A DNA stretch of 64,000 nt from a virus (taxonomy: Duplodnaviria > Caudoviricetes), in the IMG/VR virus record IMGVR_UViG_3300037755_000349, positions 1 through 64,000 of that record. The stretch is one strand, 5' to 3'. Of the stretch, positions 34,259 through 44,500 are shown one piece after another. Numbering within the stretch: position 1 is the stretch's first letter; the number at the start of each line of letters is the position of its first letter. Both the position numbers and the translations under genes were made by a program. Under the pieces are notes generated by a model. The model made no database searches. It saw only the letters and a list, made by a program, of their open reading frames with translations, and was not told where the DNA came from.

Positions 34259-34456
34259 ATGCTGAAGAAAGAAGAACTGATCTCGATCAAAAGAATGCTC
34301 CTGAATGTCCTGCCCTCGCAGGGTCAACCGATGCGCGTCTTGGCGCCAGAACTGCAAGCCTGGCAGCAGGCGGTGAGCGCCGTGGATCGGGAGCTGAAGG
34401 CGGCGGATAAGGAGCTGGAGCGGCTCAACCGAGAAGATGGAGTGGCTGAATCGTGA
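34259..34456 (+). CDS. Small coiled-coil protein (possible fibre chaperone)
   Basis: Follows the fibre gene; helical. Confidence 0.45.
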   Translation: MLKKEELISIKRMLLNVLPSQGQPMRVLAPELQAWQQAVSAVDRELKAADKELERLNREDGVAES

Positions 34457-34932
34457 GCGCTCAGACTATTATCCGCCCCGCAACCGCGTTGGACGCCGTG
34501 AATGTCCTGAAGATCATCCGCAAGAGCGACGACCCGCTGGCGGGAGGGGCTTCGGGAGAAAACGAGTTGCAAGCCGTCAGGCGTGTATTGGATGTCATCG
34601 AGACTTCCGTCGCTCTTGTCAGTGAGCAGCATGGCCGCGTGGTCGGAACCATCGCTTTGCGGCCTGTGCAGGAATTAGGTGCGTGGATGCTGGACGAGGA
34701 GTGGTTCGCTGTTCTTCCCTCGTTTCGGTCACGGCGTGAGCCGTATGAGTTGCTCGCGGCATGCGAGAAGATTGCGGATCGTCAGGGTACGGCGATTCGC
34801 ATAGGCAAGCGGGTGGAGACCGCGGCCGAACTCAGATCCGTCTTTACGCGCCTGAAGTCCTATTCGTTTCACGATGGTGCATACGTGAGGCGACCAGGTG
34901 CAAAGCCATTATTCCAGTCGGCCGCTTACTAA
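34453..34932 (+). CDS. GNAT-fold acetyltransferase-like protein
   Basis: IIRPATALD..LVSEQHGRVVGTI..WFAVLPSFR. Confidence 0.65.
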   Translation: MSAQTIIRPATALDAVNVLKIIRKSDDPLAGGASGENELQAVRRVLDVIETSVALVSEQHGRVVGTIALRPVQELGAWMLDEEWFAVLPSFRSRREPYELLAACEKIADRQGTAIRIGKRVETAAELRSVFTRLKSYSFHDGAYVRRPGAKPLFQSAAY

Positions 34933-34950
34933 AAGCGGCAGGGGATCGCA

Positions 34951-35535
34951 GTGACCCCCTATTCCTTCATCCAGGACGATTTCCTAGAGCAGTTCGAAGC
35001 GCTGCGCCGCTATGCCGATCGAGCAGTGTTCGCTGATGTGAGCAACCCGGCGGACAACGTGGTGTATCCGCACATCTGCGCGGAGATCCCGCAGAACATC
35101 CAGCACGAAATCGAGTTCCAGATCGCGGCCACGATGGGCGCCCCGCCGACGATCACGTACCTGTTCATGCGAATGTCGCCCGAGGGCGCGCCGGTGCCGC
35201 ACGAGGCGCACACCGACCTGCTGATGGGACAATGGTCGATGATGCTGTACCTCAATCGCGAGTTTCACTGCAAAGGCGGCACCTCGCTGCTGCGCCACCG
35301 CGCCACCGGCCTGTCGGTCCATCCGCGCAATGATGCGGAGCTGGCGGTGTGGAACCGCGATCACAACAACCGCAGCGCGTGGGAGACGGACCTGTTGGTC
35401 AAGATGGTGGCCAATCGGGCTTTCATCTTCCCGGCCTACCTCATGCACCGCGCCGAACCAATCGGCGGCTTCGGCAAAGCGCAGCAGGATTCGCGCATGG
35501 TCCTGACAGCTTTCTTTAACCTCCCGAAGTCATGA
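34951..35535 (+). CDS. 2OG-Fe(II) oxygenase-like protein
   Basis: AHTD (HxD)..MMLYLN..GGTS..NRAFIFPAYLMH..R.VLTAF. Confidence 0.75.
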   Translation: MTPYSFIQDDFLEQFEALRRYADRAVFADVSNPADNVVYPHICAEIPQNIQHEIEFQIAATMGAPPTITYLFMRMSPEGAPVPHEAHTDLLMGQWSMMLYLNREFHCKGGTSLLRHRATGLSVHPRNDAELAVWNRDHNNRSAWETDLLVKMVANRAFIFPAYLMHRAEPIGGFGKAQQDSRMVLTAFFNLPKS

Positions 35536-35547
35536 AATAGTGAAAAC

Positions 35548-36012
35548 ATGAAATCACCAGCTCCGACCATCCGCATCGCAGCCGAAGCCGACATCCCGCG
35601 CATCATCGAGATGGGCCGGAAATTTTGGGCACTCACCGACTACCGATCGGTGGAGTACGACGCCGGTTCGATCGAGCACTGGTCGAAATTGATGATCGAC
35701 CAGGGATTGCTCCTGGTTGCGGAGGTCGACGGCGAAGTCGTCGGCTCTGTCGGCGCATTGAGCGCTCCGCTGTTGGGCAACGTGAAGTATCGAGTAGCGT
35801 CGGAGCTGTTTTGGTGGTTGGAGCCAGAGCATCGCACCGTGGGCCTGGGCGCCGCGCTGCTGATCGGCATCGAGGGCGCAGCGAAGGCCCAAGGCGTGAA
35901 GTTCTTCAACATGATCGCGCTGAACGCGGTGGAGCCGGAACGCGCAGCACAGGTATACCTGGAGCGCGGATACAAACTCACAGAGTGGTCTTTCACGAAA
36001 GAGCTGTACTGA
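35548..36012 (+). CDS. GNAT-family acetyltransferase
   Basis: IRIAAEADIP..LVAEVDGEVVG..FWWLEPEHR..GLGAALL..YLERGY. Confidence 0.8.
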   Translation: MKSPAPTIRIAAEADIPRIIEMGRKFWALTDYRSVEYDAGSIEHWSKLMIDQGLLLVAEVDGEVVGSVGALSAPLLGNVKYRVASELFWWLEPEHRTVGLGAALLIGIEGAAKAQGVKFFNMIALNAVEPERAAQVYLERGYKLTEWSFTKELY

Positions 36013-36076
36013 ACGAAGTTTCGAGCGCGCGCTGGCGGCCCGCGGCTCGGGTTATCTATGCAGGAGGAGAGAGAAC

Positions 36077-37114
36077 ATGGCCGCCGTAACTGCTGGTGTT
36101 GTCGCCGCTGGTGCCACCGCCTACTCAGCGAATCGACAAGCCGCCGCCGCAAGATCCGGTTCGCGATCTACCCAGTCCGAGCCGCAATGGTTGCAGGACG
36201 CACAACGCTTTGCCGTTGACCGCTCGCAGCAGATCGCCGATCGCACGTACCAACCATACACGCGCCAGCGGATTGCCGGGCAGACGCAGAACGAGATCGA
36301 CTCCGGCAACCTGGCCGCGGTCAATTCCGACGCCAACGTAAGCGCCAGGCGCAACCTTGGCGCTGCGGAGGAACAAGTCAACGAAATCGCCGCCTCGGAC
36401 TGGAACGAGCAGACGATGAACCAGTACATGAACCCTTACATCAAGGGCGTGCTGGACCCTGCGGCGAAAGAAGCAAAGCGCGCTTATTCGGACGAACTGG
36501 CGGCGCTGCGTGGCAAAGCCGTCTCGATGGGCGCGTTCGGTTCTGAACGATCGACGCAGCTTGAGGGCAACCTCAACCGCAACTATCAACAGAATGTCGG
36601 CGACATCTACAGCAAGGGCCACGCCTACGCATTCGATGCGGCGATGAAGGGCTGGCAGGCGGATAACTCGCGCAGGCTCGCGGCCTCCGATGCATATCGC
36701 TCGGTCGGCGGCGATATCTCGCGCCTGAACACCGCGCAGATCACCGACCTCATGCGCACCGGCCAGTCGCAGCGGCTGCTCGAACAGGCACAACTTGATT
36801 TCGACTATGAAAACTTTACCGAGGAACGCGACTGGGACATCACCAATCTGCAACCGTTGCTCCAGTCGATCGGTGCGGCGAGAGGCGGCAATGTCACCAC
36901 CACGACCTCCGGACCGAAAGCCGACAAGGTCGGCACCATCCTCGGTGCCGCCGGCACGTTGATCGGCTACTTCGGCGGCGGCACGCAAACCGCGGCGCCA
37001 TCCTCGATGTGGAGCGATCGACAGATCGCCTCCGACGCGCGCGCGCAGAACCTCGGCAATCTGGAAACCTCGATCGGCAATATGCGCATGCCGACCGTGG
37101 ACTACGCGGAGTAA
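36077..37114 (+). CDS. DNA pilot/ejection protein
   Basis: AGGAG RBS; Ala/Gln-rich; NQYMNPY..GAFGS.R; GTILGAAGTLIG. Confidence 0.65.
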   Translation: MAAVTAGVVAAGATAYSANRQAAAARSGSRSTQSEPQWLQDAQRFAVDRSQQIADRTYQPYTRQRIAGQTQNEIDSGNLAAVNSDANVSARRNLGAAEEQVNEIAASDWNEQTMNQYMNPYIKGVLDPAAKEAKRAYSDELAALRGKAVSMGAFGSERSTQLEGNLNRNYQQNVGDIYSKGHAYAFDAAMKGWQADNSRRLAASDAYRSVGGDISRLNTAQITDLMRTGQSQRLLEQAQLDFDYENFTEERDWDITNLQPLLQSIGAARGGNVTTTTSGPKADKVGTILGAAGTLIGYFGGGTQTAAPSSMWSDRQIASDARAQNLGNLETSIGNMRMPTVDYAE

Positions 37115-37121
37115 TCGAAAC

Positions 37122-38540
37122 ATGCTGCAACAACCACAGAATTCCTCGATGCAGGAGTACATGGCGCAGTACGGTGAGCGCTTGAACGCGCTACTTGGTT
37201 ACGCGCCGCAACCATCGAATCTCGGTGCTGCGCAGTCCGGCGAGAGTCCAATGGTGGACGAGATGGGCGCCGCGCCAGCGTCGCCAGGCATGAATCTCGG
37301 CGCCGAACAGGCACAGCCGATGATGCAGCAACAGCCCGCGGCAGCTCCGGCCGCGCCGAGTGCTGCGCCGGCGCCGACTACTCCGCCCATGCAGAAGAAC
37401 GAGAAGGGCCAGGTGGTGATCGAGTCGCGCCCCAAGGACTTCGACTTCGGTGTGAAGGATGACGATCTCAAGGATGTGAAGAGCGTCGGGGACCTGGTGC
37501 AGAAACTGCCCGAGGAGAAGGCGAACGCATACATGGATTGGTGGGAAGAGCGCTACGGGCAGGTCAATGGCAAGTACGACGCGATGCTGGCGGAGCTTGG
37601 CCAGCGTCCCGATCCTAAGTCTCGCGATCTATCGCGCAAGGACAAATTCACGCTGCTGATGGAGTTCGGCCTCAATTTGATGAAGCACTCTCAGCAGGGC
37701 GGCGATCGAACTGGCGCAATGGGAGCCGCTCTGCACGATACCGTGCGAGGTGATCAAGCACGCCGGGAGAAGGACTTCGAGCGGCATCGGAGTCTGAGTG
37801 GCGAAATCGAAGGGCGGCGGCAGCAAGACCTCAAGGCGATCGGCACGCGCGGAGATGCGATGGTCGCGTCGCAAAACCTTGGCGCTGCCGCTGCCAAAGA
37901 AGGCCGCGAAGCGACCGAGTTCGCCGAGCGCGACGAGGAAGTCAAGAACATCGTCTATGGCGATGAGGGTGTCGTCGGTGTTACTCGCAAGGGTGAGGGG
38001 CGTACCGTCACCGATGAGACCGGCCGCGCCGTCAGATCCACACTCGGCATTGCTCGCGGATCTCGCGGTAGTGGCCGCGGTGCTGGCGGCTATGCGCCGC
38101 ATAACATTGAGAAGCTCGCGACTTTTTACTCCAAGACCTACGACATCCCGATCGAGGTTGCCACCAACATCGCGCGCTCGGAAAAGAACGCGACCGATCC
38201 GTTCAAGATGTATTCGACCATCTTGAACGGACAGCTTCGGCAATACATGCCGGCCGACGAGGCGGCGAGGGTAGCGAAGGAGTTGGTCGAGGGTGCGTTC
38301 GGTGAGGGCGCGCTCGACAGCAAGCCAGGTGCGCCGATCGAGCGACCAGGTGGCGGCGGCAACCTCGGCGCCGCGGAGCCCGCCGCCGCGCCTGCACCTG
38401 GTTCGAGTCTCGGCAGCTCCGCTCCGCCGGCAAATCTGCTCAAGTCGGGCAAGGTGACCACGATCCGAAACAAGCGCACTGGCGCAGAGGAGAAGTGGAC
38501 GCTCGATGAGACCGGACAGCCCAAGCGAGTACTACGCTGA
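37122..38540 (+). CDS. Internal virion/ejection protein
   Basis: Pro/Ala/Gln-rich ends with a helical core; position between pilot and giant protein. Confidence 0.55.
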   Translation: MLQQPQNSSMQEYMAQYGERLNALLGYAPQPSNLGAAQSGESPMVDEMGAAPASPGMNLGAEQAQPMMQQQPAAAPAAPSAAPAPTTPPMQKNEKGQVVIESRPKDFDFGVKDDDLKDVKSVGDLVQKLPEEKANAYMDWWEERYGQVNGKYDAMLAELGQRPDPKSRDLSRKDKFTLLMEFGLNLMKHSQQGGDRTGAMGAALHDTVRGDQARREKDFERHRSLSGEIEGRRQQDLKAIGTRGDAMVASQNLGAAAAKEGREATEFAERDEEVKNIVYGDEGVVGVTRKGEGRTVTDETGRAVRSTLGIARGSRGSGRGAGGYAPHNIEKLATFYSKTYDIPIEVATNIARSEKNATDPFKMYSTILNGQLRQYMPADEAARVAKELVEGAFGEGALDSKPGAPIERPGGGGNLGAAEPAAAPAPGSSLGSSAPPANLLKSGKVTTIRNKRTGAEEKWTLDETGQPKRVLR

Positions 38541-38541
38541 C

Positions 38542-41500
38542 ATGGCAACGAACGAATGGGAGGTCATCGGCGAAGAGCCGGATGTACTGCAACCTGCAAC
38601 ACAACCGACTGTAGCGCCGCAGAATGTGTTGCAGGGTGCAGTACAAAATGATTGGGAGGTTCTAGGCGAGGAGGACCTCACGCCCGATGCACTGCTGCCT
38701 GGCGAGGCGTTGAATCTCGCGACAGCGCCCGATGAGCAGTTCGGTCTCGATGAGACACAGCGGAGCATGGCGAGTGCACTCACGCGCGCCGGCGCCGATC
38801 AAATCATCGACGATGTGGCGAGCCGGGAAATCTTGGCTGCACCGCCGCCGGCGCCTGGCCGTATCGAGCCCACCGCGCTCACGGCAACGCGCAGATTTCT
38901 CCCTGGCGGCAAGCAGATAGCCGAGCCCGTCGATCCGGACGTCGACCTGCGCGCGATGAAGCGCCTGCCGGGAAATATTGGCCGCAGCTCGAAGGCTCAG
39001 GTGAAGGAAGCGATCGCCGGCACACAGCGCCTGTTCGCCGACTTGCAGGCCAACATGGACATCGCGAAAGCGGAATCGTATCGCTCGTACCAGAGCGACG
39101 ATCCGCAAGTGCTGGCACAGCAGCAGGCCGCGGCCGGTGAAGCCGAGGAGCGCGCCGGCCACGCGGAACTTGCGCAGGGTCGAGCTGCTCGCACGACGCG
39201 ACGCGCGCAGGCCGAGGGGCAGGCCGCAATCCCCGCCGACGCCGGCGAGATCGAGCGAGCGATCCAAAGTGGCGTATCGAGCGCGGCGGTGACACTGCCG
39301 ATCGTGACGCTTGGCTCCGTGGTGCCTGGTGGCCAGGGTGCTGCGCTGGTAACGCTCGGTGGCATGACGGGCAGCGCACGCTACGGCGAGCTGCGCGCCG
39401 CGGGGCTCGATGAGGGTACGGCGGCGTTGAGCGCAGCAGCGCTCGGTGGCCTCGAAGGGCTCACCGAGAAAATCCCGTTGGGCACGCTGGCTAAGAAGTC
39501 GCCCTTTATCGAGAAGGCCACCGAGTTCCTGGTGCAGGACCTGCTCGGCGAGAACGTGTCCACCGTGGCGCAGATCGCGGACGACTACCGCCTGGGCCTG
39601 CGCGATGACGTGACGATGGCCGACGTGCAGCAAGCCATCAAGGAGACGAGCGCGGCGACGATCGCCGGCTCCGCCGCGCAGCTCACCGTGTCAGGCATCT
39701 TCGAACAGGCCCTCAACCGGGCGAACCAGAAGGCAATCGACCGCGAGGCCAAGGCGGGCATGCAGCGCCAGGAGCCGTTCATCTCCGAACCCGACCTGGC
39801 GGGCATCGGCGAGCTGGAGTACGAGGCGGCGCCGGCTGCTGCCGCGGGCGATCTGGAGGTAGTGGCCGAGGAACCCCTGGCGGCTGCCCCTGGCAGCGCT
39901 CAAGACGAGCTGGCCGCGCTGGAGGCCCTACGCAAGGGCGGAGCCACGCCCGAGCAGGAAGCGATCCTGGAGGGCCTGGGCCACCTGGTGCGAACCGAGA
40001 CCGGGACGCCAGTACTACTGCCATCGGGACGGCGTAGACTTACGGAGCTGAATCAACAGCTTGCGGATAGTCGCAGTGAAACAAAAAACCAGGCTCTCCC
40101 TCAGCCCGTTGCAGCAGGTGCTAAAGAAGCACCTGGATCGGCTCAACCCGGATTGGGCGAAGCGGCCGGGACCACACCGTCGCTCACAGAAGCAACTCAG
40201 GGAGCAGCGCGCGGCGTCCGTGTTGGTCGATCGCCGGCGCCTGGTGGTGAACGACAAGGTGAAAGTGTTGCTGCTGGAGAAGCCAACCTCGAAGACACGA
40301 TCCCAATCCCGCAGCAATACGAGCGGGTGATCCTGGAGTCGATCATCAAGGACGACGCGACGCCGGGGCAGATTGGTATCGCGATATCCCGAGGGTTTGC
40401 AAAGCGCCGCTCCGATGGCACCGCGACGCTGTTGCCGGCGGGCCGGCGGCGGCTGGTCGAACTGGAGTCAGGCCAGCCGCCGGCCGACGTTGAGGCGACG
40501 TTTGAGGGCGAGGAGCTGCGCCGAGCTGGCGATCTTCGCCGCACGCCGCGAGTGGAGGTTAAGCCGGCACAGGCGCGCAGCGGCAGCGTTCAGACGCCGC
40601 GTGGCGGCTTCACTGTGCACGTCGATGGCAAGCCGGTCGTCGAGCTTCCCGATGCGCAAGCCGCGCGCGAGGCCGCGGCCGGATTTGCGGCTGACGGGAC
40701 TTTTAAGACCACCGTCGCCGGGCAACCCGTGTCGGTCGACGTGACGCCTACGGACGCGCAGAAGGCGTCCGGCACCTATACCAAGGGTCACATTCGCTAC
40801 GAGGGTCTCCAGATCTCGATCGAAAATCCCAAAGGCTCTATTCGCTCTGGCGTGTCGGAAAGTGGGAGAAAGTGGAGCCGTGCGCTTGGAGCTGATTACG
40901 GGTACGTGCGCGGTTCCGAATCTGCTGACGGCGATCATGTCGATGTCTTCCTCGGTGATGCGACCAGCGACGTTGCGTACATCGTCGATCAGGTGAAAGC
41001 GGATGGCACTTTCGACGAGCACAAGGTGATGCTCGGCTACCCATCGCTTGAGGCTGCGACCGCAGCGTATCGAGCACAGTACCCAAAGGGATGGAAGGGA
41101 CTCGGTGCGATAACCCACATACCGATCGCGGACTTCAAAACGTGGGTGAAGTCTCCACAAGCGAAGCAACCCTACGCATGGAAACCTAAAGCGCAAGCTG
41201 TCGCCGCGGTTCCCTCGGCCGAACCAGCGCCTGAGCGCGCGAAGCTGCACAAGAAGATCTATCGCGGCACCGAGGCCGGCACGAAAGGAGCCGAAACGCG
41301 CGCTGCACCGCGAGGTGAATTGGGGCCGGGCATCTACTTCACGCCGGATGCAAAGCTCGCCGCGAGTTACGGCGGTGGCCCCACGGCGAGTATCGCGAAG
41401 GGCACTCGCGTGGTGCACACCGCGGAGCTGGCGCGCGATCTGAAGGCCGAGGAGATTGGCACACTCGAAGGCGGATCTCGCGACGGGGAGACTGCGCGCC

Positions 41501-44500
41501 TGGTCTCGAATGGCAAGGAGTTGTGGCGCGGCGAGTGGAACGCACGCAAGTCGCAAGAGGCGAACTATCAGGCGATGGTGAAGGCGATCAAAGGCGCCGG
41601 CCTGAAGATGATCGTGGGCGCCGATGACTCGATCGCAATCAACCAGGTCGCTGTAACAGATCCGAACATTCTGAAATTCGATCAGGCGAAGCTGCACAAG
41701 AAACGTCTTCCATTGGAAGAGCGAGCGGATGACGCCTCAGATCAGCAGCGAGCCACGTTGCGCGATATCGATACGGCGTCGGTTACTCCGCAATTTCAAT
41801 TGCGCGCCGCCACGGAGGATGTCTACGACACCGCGGATGCCCACTTCACCTCTTCGGAGGTTTTGAAGGGCGTTCATGATGTGCCGCTGAAAACTCTTGG
41901 CCTCACTGGCTACGACGATGCGAAATCTGTCGCGCGTATCGCGCGCCTGGCCGAGCAGATCAAGGAGAGCGGCGAGGTCTCGCCGATCATGGTGGGCATC
42001 GACCGCAATGGCGAAGCCTACGTGATGGAGGGCCAACATCGAGCGCGCGCGCTGCAACTACTTGGTAGTGACAGCATCCCGGCGAAAATCGTCTTGGACA
42101 CGACCGACGACGATGGCGTGCGGCTACATAAGAAACAAACCGAGACTGCCGCATTCAAGAAGTGGTTCGGCGATAGTAAGGTGGTCGATGCGGACGGCAA
42201 TCCTCAAGTCGTCTATCACGGCACCGGAAACCTGGAGGGGCTGAACGAATTCCGGCCCGAGCTAACTGGCCTCGGCAACGATCAAATCGGCAGCGGCTTT
42301 TACTTCACGACAAGCCAGGAGGAGGCAAGCGCTTACACAACAGCGCGCATGCCGAACGCAGGAACCAAGCTCGGCGGTGATCAATCACCAGGCATTGTTC
42401 CTGCCTACCTGAGCATCAAGAATCCGATCATCGTAAAAGGCCCCAATCTTCGCGATGTTGATGTGGATCTGTCGGCGAAGCAGGTAGAGGCAATTATCCG
42501 CCACGCGCCGCGGTTATTCGATGTTGAAAACACGCCGCTTCTTGATTGGCATGAGAATGCGAGCACACGCGTTACTCCGGCAATGGTCAGGGATGTAGCA
42601 AAGAAATACACCGGCCCGGCGCTTATCCAGATCGAACACGATTTTTTTGGTCGTGAAGGCGAGGCCACGAAGTTCCGCGAAGCGCTGCGCAAGGTGCTCG
42701 GGTATGACGGCGCGGTGATCGACTTCGGAACGAAGAAGCATTGGGTCGCCTGGTTTCCTGAGCAGATCAAAAGCGCGATCGGCAACCGCGGCACGTTCAA
42801 TCCGAAAGATCCGGATATTCGCTTTCATAATAAGCAGTCCAAAACCGACGCGTTCAGGCGCTGGTTCGGTGAAAGCAAAATCGTGGACGACGAAGGCAAC
42901 CCGCTCGTCGTGTACCACGGCACGGGCAGCGACTTCACCGAGTTCCAGCCTACCGATTACGGCTGGTATGGGTGGGGTTCTTACTTCACCAGCAACGAAA
43001 AATTCGCGAATGAGTTCGCCGAGGGAGCGGACGGCAATCCGAACGTGATGCCGGTGTATCTGGCGATCGAGCGGCCTTTCTACTTCACACCGAAGGACAA
43101 CGACACGCCAACCAACGTGCAGTTGCTCATGGCTGTCGGACACTCACGCCGCAAAGCCGAGAGCATCATCAATCGCGAAGGCGACGTGAACGTCCGGGTA
43201 TTCGACAAGCTGCAAGAGGAGGGGCACGACGGCATTGTCGTGCTCGAACCTGGGCGCACCGAGTACATCATCTTCGAGCCATCGCAGATTAAGAGCGCGA
43301 TCGGTAACACCGGCGCATTCGATCCTGCTAATCCGAACATTCTATTTCACAAGGCTTTCCACGGCTCGCCGTATCGCTTCCAGAAGTTCGTGCTCGATGA
43401 CAAGACCATCGGGACCGGCGAAGGCGCACACGCCTACGGATGGGGCCTGTACTTTGCCGAAAACGAAGCCGTTGCAAAGGACTATCAGCGCCGCCTGTCC
43501 GATTCCTCCGCGCATGTGCGCCTGAGCGTGAATGGCAAGGAATTGGAGGACGGACCCGAGCGCCATGGCGCCAGTCTCGTGGCCTTCAACGATCTGCGCG
43601 AGGTGCGCGCACTCGCGAAGCGCTGGCTCGCCGAGTATGAGAACGACCCCGGCATGAAGGAGACGGCGGAGCACGCCGGCCTAGCCGCGGCGGAGTATTG
43701 GCCACGGTTGAACAGCTTCGTGCAAAGCCACACGAAGAGGGACATCAAGGTGGCGCGCGGCTTGCTGTACAGCGTGGAGATCAACGATGCCGCGGTGAAA
43801 AACATGCTGGACTGGGATGTGACGTGGGAATCGCAACTCGACACGGTGAAGGAGACGCTGCGCAAGGCAGGCGTGTTCAAACGCTACAAGGCGAACCTGA
43901 GCAACTACGGCACGCCCATGCAAACGCGCAATCGCAAGATGCGCGGGGAGAGCATCTACGCGTTCCTGAGCATGGAGAAGGGCGGCGACCAAGCGGCCTC
44001 GAAGTATCTCTCCTCGCTCGGCATCCACGGCCTGCGATACAAGGACGAAGGATCGAGAGGCAAACGCGGCGGCACACGCAACATCGTGGTGTTCGACGAC
44101 TCGATCATCACTGTGACGCACATCGATGGCTCGCCGGTCACGGCGCAGGAGCGCACCGATGCGATCGGTCCGCTGTTCAGCCGCGTCAACACCAACGCGA
44201 ATGAGAGCAGGTATCGCGCGATCACGGGCACACCCCGCGAGCAGCGCTCCGCGCAAGTGCGCACGGAAGTGAACCGCGTGCTGCGCAACTTCCCCGGCGC
44301 ATCGGCCAACGTGGTGCAGACTTTCAACGAGCTGCCCAACGACGTGCGCGCGCGTGTGATCGCCGCCGGCGGCCTCGATGAGAAAGGCAACCCCGCGGTC
44401 GATGCGTTCTACGACCCGCCAACCGGCCAGGTGTATTTCATCGCGAACGAGATCGAGTCGATCGACAGCATCGAGTCGTTGTTCCTGCACGAGTATGTCG

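Noticed and set aside
25809-34456. Long-tail module (tape measure, tail tube, frameshifted chaperone)
   Set aside because: No tape-measure-like or tube/sheath gene and no slippery site found; gene order fits a short tail with ejection proteins
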